Shown: positions 29,800 through 39,020 of the stretch, one piece after another
Layout: every line of letters begins with the position of its first letter
How positions within the stretch are numbered: the first letter of the stretch is position 1
NCBI GenBank assembly: GCA_048938895.1
Contig: JBHLLU010000015.1
Location: 1 to 64,000, forward strand
DNA length: 64,000 bases
Reading direction: 5' to 3'
DNA from: Promethearchaeota archaeon
GTDB lineage: Archaea > Asgardarchaeota > Lokiarchaeia > Sigyniarchaeales > SOKP01
Notes under the pieces: model-generated
Told to the model about the DNA's origin: nothing
The model's input: only the letters and a program-made list of their open reading frames with translations
Database searches by the model: none
Position numbers and translations under genes: made by a program

Positions 29800-31098
29800 T
29801 TATATTTGTTTTAAAGCTTGGTCTAAATCAGAAATTAAATCTTCTGCATTTTCAAGACCAACAGAAAACCTAAAATGAGTTTTAGGGATATTCATAGCTT
29901 TAAGTTCCCATTTACTAAGATTGATTCCTGTCATCAAGGTAGTATATTCTATCAAAGACGTGGTATCTCCTAGGGATACTCCTACTTTAATTAACTTTAA
30001 GAGTTCAATGAATTTGTTACTATCATCTACTGATTCTAATTCAAAACCAATCATCCCACTAAAACTTTTCATTTGTCTTTTTGCTATCTCATGCCCTGGA
30101 TGAGATTCTAGGCCAGGATATGCTACATTCTTAATCTTTGAGTGGTCTTCTAGATATTGAGCGATTTTTAAAGCATTCAATGAATGCCTTTCCATTCTTA
30201 AATCTAATGTTCTAATTCCTCGTAAAATTAACCAAGCATTGAAAGGGCTAAGCACTTGACCTTGAGTTTCTAACCAGAAATATCTAATATCTCGGATTTG
30301 ATTTTTTGGACCAATTATTGCTCCACCTAAACAATCTCCGTGTCCGTTAATATATTTTGTTAAACTTTCAATTACAAGATCCGCTCCTAACTCTAATGGA
30401 TGTTGTAATGCAGGTGATGCAAATGTGTTATCTACTATACATTTTCCTCCTACTTCATGTATAATATCTGAACATACTTTTATATCGATCACATCAATTG
30501 TTGGATTTGTTGGGGTCTCAAAAATAAGTAATTTTGTATAATCATTAACTTCTTTTCTCAATTGATCTAAATCATTTAGATCTACTATTTTGAAATCAAC
30601 ACCAGTTTGTGGATAAATTTTTGTTAACAGCCTATAAATATCTGCATATTGATTTTTATGCATAATGATTGTAGGGATATTTTCAGGATTATTCTGTGGT
30701 ATTAAAGATCTAAGCTTATCGAGCTTTTTCCTCTCAACTCGTTCTTGTAATATAGATTGACAAGCTAGATGGACTGCTCCCATCCCTGAAGCGACGGAAA
30801 TAGCTTCTTCACCCTTATGAAGTGTAGCTAATTTTTGATCAAGTGCTTGCAAAGTTGGATTTTCAGTTCTGGAGTAGTTATAGAAATTCTTTAAAAGTTC
30901 AGAAAAAGTATCGTAAGCAAATGATTTTGTAGCATAAATGGGAGTTCGTAAACTATATGATGACTCTGGATAAGGATATTCTCCTGCGTGAATAGTTTGG
31001 GTGCTAAATCCCATTTTTGCCCACTTTTCCATATTTTTTTTATTTTTTTGAATTAAGATTTCCCTTTTTTCTTCAAAACTTGCACCATTCCTTTCCAT
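29800..31098 (-). CDS. PLP-dependent Cys/Met metabolism lyase (methionine gamma-lyase-like)
   Basis: YSRTENPT, SGMGA, ETPTNPT, VDNTFASP, SLTKYINGHGD (PLP Lys), GVSLGD, RFSVGLE. Confidence 0.88.
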   Translation of the reverse strand: MERNGASFEEKREILIQKNKKNMEKWAKMGFSTQTIHAGEYPYPESSYSLRTPIYATKSFAYDTFSELLKNFYNYSRTENPTLQALDQKLATLHKGEEAISVASGMGAVHLACQSILQERVERKKLDKLRSLIPQNNPENIPTIIMHKNQYADIYRLLTKIYPQTGVDFKIVDLNDLDQLRKEVNDYTKLLIFETPTNPTIDVIDIKVCSDIIHEVGGKCIVDNTFASPALQHPLELGADLVIESLTKYINGHGDCLGGAIIGPKNQIRDIRYFWLETQGQVLSPFNAWLILRGIRTLDLRMERHSLNALKIAQYLEDHSKIKNVAYPGLESHPGHEIAKRQMKSFSGMIGFELESVDDSNKFIELLKLIKVGVSLGDTTSLIEYTTLMTGINLSKWELKAMNIPKTHFRFSVGLENAEDLISDLDQALKQI

Positions 31099-31190
31099 AT
31101 TATCACTATTTTCAGTCTTATTTTTTAAACTAAATTTTTTTACAAAGCAAACAATAATCTTAATATCTTATACCTAAAAAAGGAGATGTT

Positions 31191-31838
31191 ATGTCTTTAG
31201 AAGAAAAAATAGAAGAATCTATTGTTGCTTGGGATGAGGAAGGACTAAGAAAAACGTGCTTATCCTCAATAGAAAGCGATAATGTAGAAGCTGCGGAGAT
31301 ATTAAGAATTATCGGAGGAATTATGAGAAAGATTGGCAAATTATTTGAGGAAGAAGAAATTTTCCTTCCTGATTTGATTGGTTCTGCAAATGTGGTGAAA
31401 AATGTTATTGATGATGTGCTAGATCCAATCATTAGATCCTCAGGTGAGAAAAGAGAGACGTTAGGAACCATTGTTTTAGGAACAGTAGAAGGGGATGTTC
31501 ATAGCATCGGGAAAGATTTAGTTGCCGCTTTCTTATTTTCAAACGGATTTGAAGTGTTTAATTTAGGGGAAGAAGTACCTCCCGCAAAATACATTGAAAA
31601 AGCAGAAGAAGTTAATGCTCAAATAATAGGGCTCTCTTCTTTATTAACAATGTCCATGGATATACAAAGACAAGTGATTGAAGAATTAAATAAAAGGGGA
31701 TTAAGGGATAAATATAAAGTTATAATCGGTGGTAGTCCCACATCTGAGGAATGGGCCGAAGAAATAGGTGCTGACGGTTGGGCAGATGATGCTATTGAAG
31801 CTGTTGAACTTACTATAAATCTGTTGCATAAAAAGTGA
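31191..31838 (+). CDS. Cobalamin-binding corrinoid protein (MttC/MtbC-like)
   Basis: EIFLPDL cap domain, GTVEGDVHSIGK (DxHxxG), SSLLT, IIGGSP, GADGWA. Confidence 0.92.
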   Translation: MSLEEKIEESIVAWDEEGLRKTCLSSIESDNVEAAEILRIIGGIMRKIGKLFEEEEIFLPDLIGSANVVKNVIDDVLDPIIRSSGEKRETLGTIVLGTVEGDVHSIGKDLVAAFLFSNGFEVFNLGEEVPPAKYIEKAEEVNAQIIGLSSLLTMSMDIQRQVIEELNKRGLRDKYKVIIGGSPTSEEWAEEIGADGWADDAIEAVELTINLLHKK

Positions 31839-31848
31839 GGTAATAAAA

Positions 31849-33378
31849 ATGAAATTAAACTATTTAGAACCGTTATCTAAGGATGAAGTTAAAATTATTG
31901 ATTCTGCAGCAATTGAATTACTTTCTAATGTAGGAATAAAGGTTGATGCAGAGAACGCTAAAAATTTGTTTATAAAATCTGGTTGTAAGATCGATAAAGA
32001 CACTAATTTTGTTAAAATTCCTGAGAGTTTAGTGAAAGATAAGTTAAAGTCCGTACCAAGCTCATTTAAACTCTATGGTTCTGATGGAAAATATAATTTT
32101 GAAGTTAATACTTCGAGTACTAAATTTGCGACTATCGGTACCCCTGTAAAAATTTATGATCCCTCTCAAAAGAGAGGAATAAGAAGAACAATTCTTGACG
32201 ATACTATACAACAGATTAAGCTTGTAGATTGCCTGGAAAATATTGTATGCTCTCACATTGATGTATGGCCTAATGATGTTAAAGTTACCGCCTTACACGC
32301 TCATTGCATTTACCAATGGTATAAAAATTCTAAAAAGCCTTACGGCTTGGGATGTTTGGGAAAATTAGCAAGTCAAGATATGATGAATATGCTCTCAATT
32401 ATCGTTGGGGGAGATGAAGAGTTAAAAAAAAATCCAAGATTAGTGGGTTTCATGAACCCTACAAGCCCTTTACACTTACCTCAACTTATGACAAATGGGT
32501 ATGAAATTTTTGCTAAATATAATCAACCAACAATTATCGCTCCAGAAGCTATGGCTGGAAGTACGGCACCTGTTACACTTGCAGGTCTACTCGCCCAAAT
32601 AGTTGCCGAAACCTTAGCAGGGGCAGTTCTAGGACAGTTATACAATCCAGGATCTCCAATTTTCTTCGCAACAGTTTCTAATACAACAGATATGAGATCA
32701 GGAAATTCTGCTATCGGGGCAATTGAAACGGGATTAATCACAGCAGGGATGGCTCAAATGGCTCGATATTACAATATCCCCTCGCGAGGACCTGGGGGAG
32801 TTACTGATTCAAAAGTACTGGATATTCAAAATGGATTTGAAAGACTTCAAACATTAATGCTTGCTGTACAAGCGGGAATTAATTATATAACCTGTGCAGG
32901 CACTTATGAAGCAACTTTGGTTGAGGCTTTGGAATTACTAGTAATCGATGATGAGTTAGCTAGTATCTGTTTGCGAGCAATGGAAGGAATTGATGTTAAT
33001 GATGATACTCTTGGATTAGATGTCATTAAAAAAGTAGCAACAAACCCTAAAAAGGGAGTAACCTATTTGAGCGAAAAACATACACAAAAATATATGAAAA
33101 AAGAGTTATATATTCCAAAATTGATCGATCGTAATCGTCGTACCACTTGGAGGAAAAAAGGATCGAAAGATATCGTTGAACGGTCAAGAGATCGAGTAAA
33201 TGAACTTTTGGAGAATTTTATTGCTCCAGATATTAATCCTGATATTGAAGCCAAATTATTATCAATGATCAACGATATTGAAAAAAGGTCTATAGATTTA
33301 TATAAAGAAATTGAAGGTATTACAGCAGATAGTGTTTCAATTGAACATGTGGAGATCAAATCTGATAAAGAGAAGTAA
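31849..33378 (+). CDS. MttB superfamily (non-pyrrolysine) methyltransferase 2
   Basis: Paralog of 28252..29760; AGSTAPVTLAG, GGVTDSKVLDIQNGFE; GAGGT SD overlapping the corrinoid gene stop. Confidence 0.88.
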   Translation: MKLNYLEPLSKDEVKIIDSAAIELLSNVGIKVDAENAKNLFIKSGCKIDKDTNFVKIPESLVKDKLKSVPSSFKLYGSDGKYNFEVNTSSTKFATIGTPVKIYDPSQKRGIRRTILDDTIQQIKLVDCLENIVCSHIDVWPNDVKVTALHAHCIYQWYKNSKKPYGLGCLGKLASQDMMNMLSIIVGGDEELKKNPRLVGFMNPTSPLHLPQLMTNGYEIFAKYNQPTIIAPEAMAGSTAPVTLAGLLAQIVAETLAGAVLGQLYNPGSPIFFATVSNTTDMRSGNSAIGAIETGLITAGMAQMARYYNIPSRGPGGVTDSKVLDIQNGFERLQTLMLAVQAGINYITCAGTYEATLVEALELLVIDDELASICLRAMEGIDVNDDTLGLDVIKKVATNPKKGVTYLSEKHTQKYMKKELYIPKLIDRNRRTTWRKKGSKDIVERSRDRVNELLENFIAPDINPDIEAKLLSMINDIEKRSIDLYKEIEGITADSVSIEHVEIKSDKEK

Positions 33379-33389
33379 TTGAAAGTAAT

Positions 33390-34106
33390 TTAATCATTTT
33401 TAGTTTTTCTTCTACAAACTTTTCTTAATAGTTCTAATACATCTACTTTCAACATTACATACACTAAAACTAAAATTATATATAGAGATACAATTGAAAT
33501 AACCCAATTCTCTCCTCCAATCAACCTACATATATTAATCAGATTATAAGCAAAAATTAGCATTAAACTTAACTTTCCGAGCCATATCCAAAAGACAGTT
33601 TTCTTAAAGTCATATTTGATCAATCCTAAGGGTATAGTTATCATATCATCGTTTAAGGGTGTTAATCCGAATATATATATTAAAATAGGGGCCAATTGTG
33701 GATGCATGCTAAAATATTGTTGGTATTTCTTTAAATTTTCAGTTCTTTCCTTAGAAATCAATTCAGAAGCACCTCTTCCTACTAAATAACCAATTAGTTC
33801 TCCAATTAAACACCCTAATGAAGCCACAAATCCGACAAGAAGAGGTATCATATAATTTATTTGTAAAAAAGGTAGAGAAGAAAAACACACAACGAAAGTG
33901 TAAGGTGTAGGAACTGGAAGAAGGTTACCTATTAAACATACCCAAAATGTTACTAAAAGCCCCGTCCCTAAGTTTTGAAAGGGAGCATATTTAGATATAT
34001 CCTCAATTATTTCTCTATGGGATGCGTTTAACACCAAATCTATTGAAAGAATAGAGATTAAAATAATAAGGAAAAAAAAGGCATAGTCGATTTTCGTTAA
34101 TTTCAA
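33390..34106 (-). CDS. DedA/VTT (SNARE-associated) membrane protein
   Basis: LLPVPTP, GCLIGELIGYLVGR, GLTPLNDD..IPLG, GKL. Confidence 0.8.
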   Translation of the reverse strand: MKLTKIDYAFFFLIILISILSIDLVLNASHREIIEDISKYAPFQNLGTGLLVTFWVCLIGNLLPVPTPYTFVVCFSSLPFLQINYMIPLLVGFVASLGCLIGELIGYLVGRGASELISKERTENLKKYQQYFSMHPQLAPILIYIFGLTPLNDDMITIPLGLIKYDFKKTVFWIWLGKLSLMLIFAYNLINICRLIGGENWVISIVSLYIILVLVYVMLKVDVLELLRKVCRRKTKND

Positions 34107-34179
34107 AATAGTCCAATATTTTTATTTAATTTAGGTAAATAAACGATCAATAATTCAAAAATTAATTTGATAAGTTCAG

Positions 34180-34326
34180 TTAAAGAAGAGGAAGTGCAAT
34201 TAATATTATGCTTGCTAAAATACTAATAAAAAATAAAACCACAATGAATATGCCAATAACCATATTTTTCTTTTTTCTACTTTTACCTCGTGAATTCTGA
34301 GAGGTTCTATATTTTGGGCGACTCAT
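34180..34326 (-). CDS. 48-aa basic, tail-anchored membrane microprotein (not in ORF track)
   Basis: MSRPKYRTSQNSRGKSRKKKNMVIGIFIVVLFFISILASIILIALPLL; ATG 5 bp after the gelsolin stop, preceded by AAGGAAG. Confidence 0.65.
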   Translation of the reverse strand: MSRPKYRTSQNSRGKSRKKKNMVIGIFIVVLFFISILASIILIALPLL

Positions 34327-34331
34327 CTTCC

Positions 34332-35006
34332 TTAATCACTATTTTTTTGTAGTAATTCTGTGAGAACGACATTATTATAAGAGAAGAGCATTCTTGGTAT
34401 ATAATCTTCAGCTAAATAAGTTCCATCTTCAACTTCCTCCTTTAAGGGAAATAGTCTTTTCTCTCTAATGGTAGATCCTAAATAATCTCTGTCATATTCC
34501 TTATAACCGAATATCCTATTATTTACTATTACCATCTTACGCTCATATCCTTCTGGTATTCCTGCTTTTTCTAATAACAAAAGAATTTTTTCTCTTGATA
34601 ATGATTCAAGGAGTTCCATATCTTGTTCCGTCCCTTCATAAGCAGGGCCTTTTTGAACTTCCGTATAATCAACTTCCTCTTCCACACCAGCCATAACATT
34701 GAATCCTACAGTTTCATTATCCTCATCAACAGCAGAAATTTTGTAACCGATACCATATCTATCTCTAATACTTGGAGCGAGTTTAGCTGCAATGAATTTC
34801 ATTCTTGTTGTAGTATTGGCTCCATGCCATATCCATACTCTATATTTTTTAGGATCCACAAAAAGCAAGATAAAATCAGGATCTAATAATTCTGATATTT
34901 CTACACTCTCATCAAATTCTAACTCTTGATACTCATTCAATTGATCGTTATATTGGAACACAATTAGCTTTTCATCTGCTTTTTCAGGAATAGAATCATC
35001 TGACAT
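34332..35006 (-). CDS. Single gelsolin-domain protein with C-terminal extra domain (Asgard 1DGelX-like)
   Basis: LLDPDFILLFVDPKKYRVWIWHGANTTTRMKFIAAKLA..VDEDNE matches the gelsolin repeat consensus L..D..ILD..I.VW.G...A. Confidence 0.75.
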   Translation of the reverse strand: MSDDSIPEKADEKLIVFQYNDQLNEYQELEFDESVEISELLDPDFILLFVDPKKYRVWIWHGANTTTRMKFIAAKLAPSIRDRYGIGYKISAVDEDNETVGFNVMAGVEEEVDYTEVQKGPAYEGTEQDMELLESLSREKILLLLEKAGIPEGYERKMVIVNNRIFGYKEYDRDYLGSTIREKRLFPLKEEVEDGTYLAEDYIPRMLFSYNNVVLTELLQKNSD

Positions 35007-35106
35007 AATAATCCATATAAATAGTCTTTCTAAATATTCATTCTTTTCTAATTATATATTATTATTTTTGATTTAAAAATTTGGATAAAAGCAATCCAGA
35101 TTATAA

Positions 35107-35218
35107 TGCGGGAAGGGAGATTTGAACTCCCGAACTCCTACGAGACTGAATTCTGAGTCTAGCTGATAAAGAGGTCATATCAATGTCCAGCGCCTTTACC
35201 AGACTTGGCAACTCCCGC
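35107..35218 (-). tRNA. tRNA-Leu(CAG) with 28-nt intron at position 32/33 (intron 35157..35184)
   Basis: GCGGGAG/TTCCCGC acceptor stem, discriminator A, long variable arm, GTTCAAATC T-loop; spliced anticodon arm CTGGA CTCAGAA TTCAG; BHB motif present. Confidence 0.92.
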
Positions 35219-35327
35219 TCTTTAATCGTTTTATGTAATTAGTATAAATGTAGTAAAACTAAAAAAAAATTTTGAAATCTTTTCATATAATAAAAATTAA
35301 AACCATATAATTATTTGTTCAATTAAT

Positions 35328-36128
35328 TTGAAAACTTTACCTTATAGAGAATTTGAATCTAAATTAGATAAATTATTAGAGAGAATTCCTTCATTAGGTA
35401 AATTGTTATCAAGTTTATTTGGCTTCTTTGAATTCTATATTCTTGAATTATTTCGAAAAATCGATAAGAAACTTAATATCTATACTCTTGGTATTATAAA
35501 TAATTATATTCTAAAGGGCAGATGGGGTGGAAAAGTTATTCCTTTAGAACATAATATCTCTATTGATACGAAATTTGTGCCTTCTCAAGAAATTTTAGGA
35601 TTGTTAAACAAATCAAAAGTAGTAGGAATAAGCTGGTGTTATTGTAGAACAATTCAACGGAAATACAATACTCCTAATTGTAACCATCCACTAAATACTT
35701 GTATCCATCTTAGCTTTGGTGAATCATTATATGAAGTTCCGTTTAAATCTTCAAAGATAAAAATGGTCAAAAAGAAAGAAATCAAAGATTTATTAGAATT
35801 TTGTGATGAACGGGGTTTACTACACCAAATCATTTATTTTCCAAATCCCAATTTTTATTATATCGTTTGTAATTGTTGCCCCTGTTGTTGCGTAGTTTTA
35901 AATAAATTTCTCAATAAGGGTTCCCCACAAATGATTAAGAGTGATTTTATAACTGAAACATCTTCAAACATATGTATAAATTGTGGGGAATGTGAGAAAT
36001 GGTGCTATTTTGGAGCAAGAATTTTGAAAAATAACATTTTAGAGTTTAACACTAGGAATTGTTTTGGATGTGGTATTTGTGTTTCAAAATGTCCTAATGG
36101 TGCCATCTCACTAGTCAAGAAATCTTAA
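35328..36128 (+). CDS. 4Fe-4S ferredoxin-domain protein with Cys-rich motif
   Basis: CYCR, CNCCPCCC, CINCGECEKWCYF, CFGCGICVSKCP. Confidence 0.8.
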   Translation: MKTLPYREFESKLDKLLERIPSLGKLLSSLFGFFEFYILELFRKIDKKLNIYTLGIINNYILKGRWGGKVIPLEHNISIDTKFVPSQEILGLLNKSKVVGISWCYCRTIQRKYNTPNCNHPLNTCIHLSFGESLYEVPFKSSKIKMVKKKEIKDLLEFCDERGLLHQIIYFPNPNFYYIVCNCCPCCCVVLNKFLNKGSPQMIKSDFITETSSNICINCGECEKWCYFGARILKNNILEFNTRNCFGCGICVSKCPNGAISLVKKS

Positions 36129-36174
36129 ATAAACTTAAATAGAAAATAACAATTTAAATGTATCGTGATTTAAA

Positions 36175-36885
36175 ATGCCAGAAGATGAAAAGAAACCTAC
36201 CAATGCAATTTTTAAAGTCCCTACGTGTCATAATTGCGATAGTCTTAATTTTTGTACTGTAGGAAACCCTAATACTGGAAAACAAGATTGTCCAATGGTT
36301 GTAACTCCAGAAATTGTGGAAGAAGTAATGAAACTTTATAAAACAGATGAATTTGTGAAAAAGTCAACTAGTGTAGCATCAATAGTGGAAGCTCAAGGAT
36401 ATATACACTGGCCCCGTTTAAAAGATACTATAGAATATGCGAAAGGTATGGGATTTAAAAAGTTAGGATTAGCATTTTGTGTTGGTTTAAGAAGAGAAGC
36501 TAAAAAAACTGCTGATATTTTAACCAATTATGGATTTGAAGTATGCTCTGTTTGTTGTAAAACTGAATCAGTTAAAAAAACAGACGTTGATGTCCCCAAA
36601 GAATTTACAATGGTATCAAAGACGGGATACCCAATAGGTATCATGACCTGTAATCCCGCAGCCCAAGCTTTAATACTCAATAAAGCAAAAACTGAGATGA
36701 ATATTATAGTAGGGTTATGCGTTGGGCATGATATTACCTTTACTCATCTTTCTAAAGCACCTGTAACAACTCTGATTGCTAAAGATAGAGCTAATCCTCA
36801 TAATCCCGCGGCAGTATTATACACTCATTATGGAGAATCATTTTTTTCAAGAGATTTAAGAAAACTTCAAACTGAAAATAAGTAA
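36175..36885 (+). CDS. DUF1847 family metal-binding protein
   Basis: GLAFCVGL, SVCCK, CNPAAQA, GLCVGHD, KDRANPHNP. Confidence 0.85.
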   Translation: MPEDEKKPTNAIFKVPTCHNCDSLNFCTVGNPNTGKQDCPMVVTPEIVEEVMKLYKTDEFVKKSTSVASIVEAQGYIHWPRLKDTIEYAKGMGFKKLGLAFCVGLRREAKKTADILTNYGFEVCSVCCKTESVKKTDVDVPKEFTMVSKTGYPIGIMTCNPAAQALILNKAKTEMNIIVGLCVGHDITFTHLSKAPVTTLIAKDRANPHNPAAVLYTHYGESFFSRDLRKLQTENK

Positions 36886-37018
36886 TAACTGATTAATTTA
36901 ATTTCATTAATTTTTATTAATTCTTTTCTAATGAAATAAATATAAATATGAATGTATGAAATTCTACAATAACAATTAGAAAACAGAAAAGTGATAAAAA
37001 GTAAAATTACCAGATATT

Positions 37019-38875
37019 GTGAATAATTTAATTAGAAGACTCCCTAAAACACATTCTATTTTAAAAGAAATTATTAAAAAAAATTATCAGAATATAAACC
37101 TGGATAACTTGAAAGCTTTTACTCTAAAGAGTAATAAAACCAAGCAACAGAAGTTTTATATACAAGTTATTCAAGATATTCTATCGTCAAATCCAGAATC
37201 GTTAGAATTGCTTAAAAATTTAGTTGTATTAAATCCTAATTTGGAAACGAATATAGATAGAGCACTTATCGAATCTAGTTTTAAATCAAAGACTATTCGG
37301 AAATCTTTTAACGATTTAGTAAATAAGGGGATAATACGAGAAAAACAAGGGAAAGAAGGATTATTTGAATTAACCTCCCTACATCTTCAAGATGCTTTAA
37401 GTACTTTAGCAAGTGAAGAAAACCATAGGCTAGCAATGCAATATTATACAGTAAAAATTAATAAATATGGAGAAAATCTCACCGATGAAATAGAATTACT
37501 TTTCCATAAGGTAAAAATTAAACCAAATGAACAATTAGTCAATGAATTTCTTTCTATATCTCAATCTTTACAAGAAATTGATAACAAATTTAGAAGACTA
37601 ATTGATATTGCTGAAGAATTGATCAATCTTGATAATAAATATAAAGCTCCAATTTTTGTGGTGCTTGGTAACTTATATTCAGCTACAGGAAACTCAGAAG
37701 AAGCTGAGAAAGCTTATTTAAACGCATTAAATACTTATAAAACCTTAGCTCAGCAATATTATAAAATTTATTTGCCTTATATCGCCGCAATTGAAAAGAA
37801 TTTAGGTACTCTCTATGTTGATTTGAAACGTTTTGAAGAAGCAGAAAAAATATATCTAGATGCATTAAAAACCTATAGTGAACTAGAGAAACAGTATTAC
37901 GATGTATATTCACCTGAAATTGATTCTACACAAAACGACATTGCTTATGGGAAAACTGTTGGAGAACAATCATATCTTGATGAATTTGATGCTTATAATC
38001 AGTTGATGAAACAATACTATGATGTATATCTACCAGATAAAACTTCTATTCAGAATTATTTTGGAAATGTTTGCATTGATTTAGATTTACTTGAGGATAT
38101 TCAAGATGGAGAAATAGATTCTCCAGACAGTTATAAAAAACTAGCAAAAATGTGTTATGATATGTCTTTAACTGATGTAGCAACAACTCAGAGCAATCTA
38201 GGGGCTACATATTTTGAAGAAGGGAAAATTGAAGCCGCAGAAAAAATGTACCTTGAATCATTAAATATCAGAAAAAAATTGGCGGAAATCTATCCAGAAA
38301 ATATCTTACCAGATTTAGCTTTTAATTTTGTAGATCTAGGGGATCTTTATGCCCATCAAAATAAATTTAAAGATGCTGAATTAATGTATGATGAAGGATT
38401 AAAGATTTCCAAAAGATTAGCTGAAAATAATCCAGAAGTTTATCTATACAACGTTGCTATTATTCAAAATTGTCTTGGTACTGTTTTTATAAAGCTACAA
38501 AAGCTTAAAGAAGCAGAAATAATATATCTTGAAGCATTAGAGATATTTAAAAAATTTGCTAAGGAAGATCCAAAAACTTATTCATATGATGTAGCCATTG
38601 TTCAAAACAATCTTGGTAATTTATTTATTGTTCTAGAAAAGTATGAAAAAGCGAATTATTATCTAAATAAGGCAATAAAAGCAGATCCCTCCAATATTGA
38701 TATTCTTTATAATAAGGCTTGTCTAGAAGCATTGAGAAATAATCAAATACAAGCCTTGGAACTTCTAGCGTTTGTAATTAAGTCAGATGAAAGCTATAAA
38801 GAACGGATTTTAAAGGATAAAAGGTTTGATAGTATTAAAGAGTTGAAAGAATTTAAAGATTTAATAGGCAACTAA
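37019..38875 (+). CDS. TPR-repeat protein with N-terminal winged-helix-like region
   Basis: Repeated NLG.LY....FEEAE..Y..AL units; C-terminal YNKACLEAL. Confidence 0.8.
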   Translation: MNNLIRRLPKTHSILKEIIKKNYQNINLDNLKAFTLKSNKTKQQKFYIQVIQDILSSNPESLELLKNLVVLNPNLETNIDRALIESSFKSKTIRKSFNDLVNKGIIREKQGKEGLFELTSLHLQDALSTLASEENHRLAMQYYTVKINKYGENLTDEIELLFHKVKIKPNEQLVNEFLSISQSLQEIDNKFRRLIDIAEELINLDNKYKAPIFVVLGNLYSATGNSEEAEKAYLNALNTYKTLAQQYYKIYLPYIAAIEKNLGTLYVDLKRFEEAEKIYLDALKTYSELEKQYYDVYSPEIDSTQNDIAYGKTVGEQSYLDEFDAYNQLMKQYYDVYLPDKTSIQNYFGNVCIDLDLLEDIQDGEIDSPDSYKKLAKMCYDMSLTDVATTQSNLGATYFEEGKIEAAEKMYLESLNIRKKLAEIYPENILPDLAFNFVDLGDLYAHQNKFKDAELMYDEGLKISKRLAENNPEVYLYNVAIIQNCLGTVFIKLQKLKEAEIIYLEALEIFKKFAKEDPKTYSYDVAIVQNNLGNLFIVLEKYEKANYYLNKAIKADPSNIDILYNKACLEALRNNQIQALELLAFVIKSDESYKERILKDKRFDSIKELKEFKDLIGN

Positions 38876-39020
38876 AATTATCTTTAAGATTCTCTATAAT
38901 AAAGCTTCTCATCTTTCTTGTAGTAATAAATTTAAATGAACAAATTTTATCCTATCAATCATTAGGATTACAATTTATAATTAATAATTTATGTTATTTT
39001 AATAATAAGGCTGAGAGATA

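Noticed and set aside
28252-33378. Pyrrolysine-containing trimethylamine methyltransferases
   Set aside because: Neither MttB gene has an in-frame TAG; the equivalent codon is GTT (Val)
36930-36961. ATGA...TGAA in the DUF1847 3' region as a possible SECIS
   Set aside because: No convincing helix II pairing and no in-frame TGA in the upstream genes
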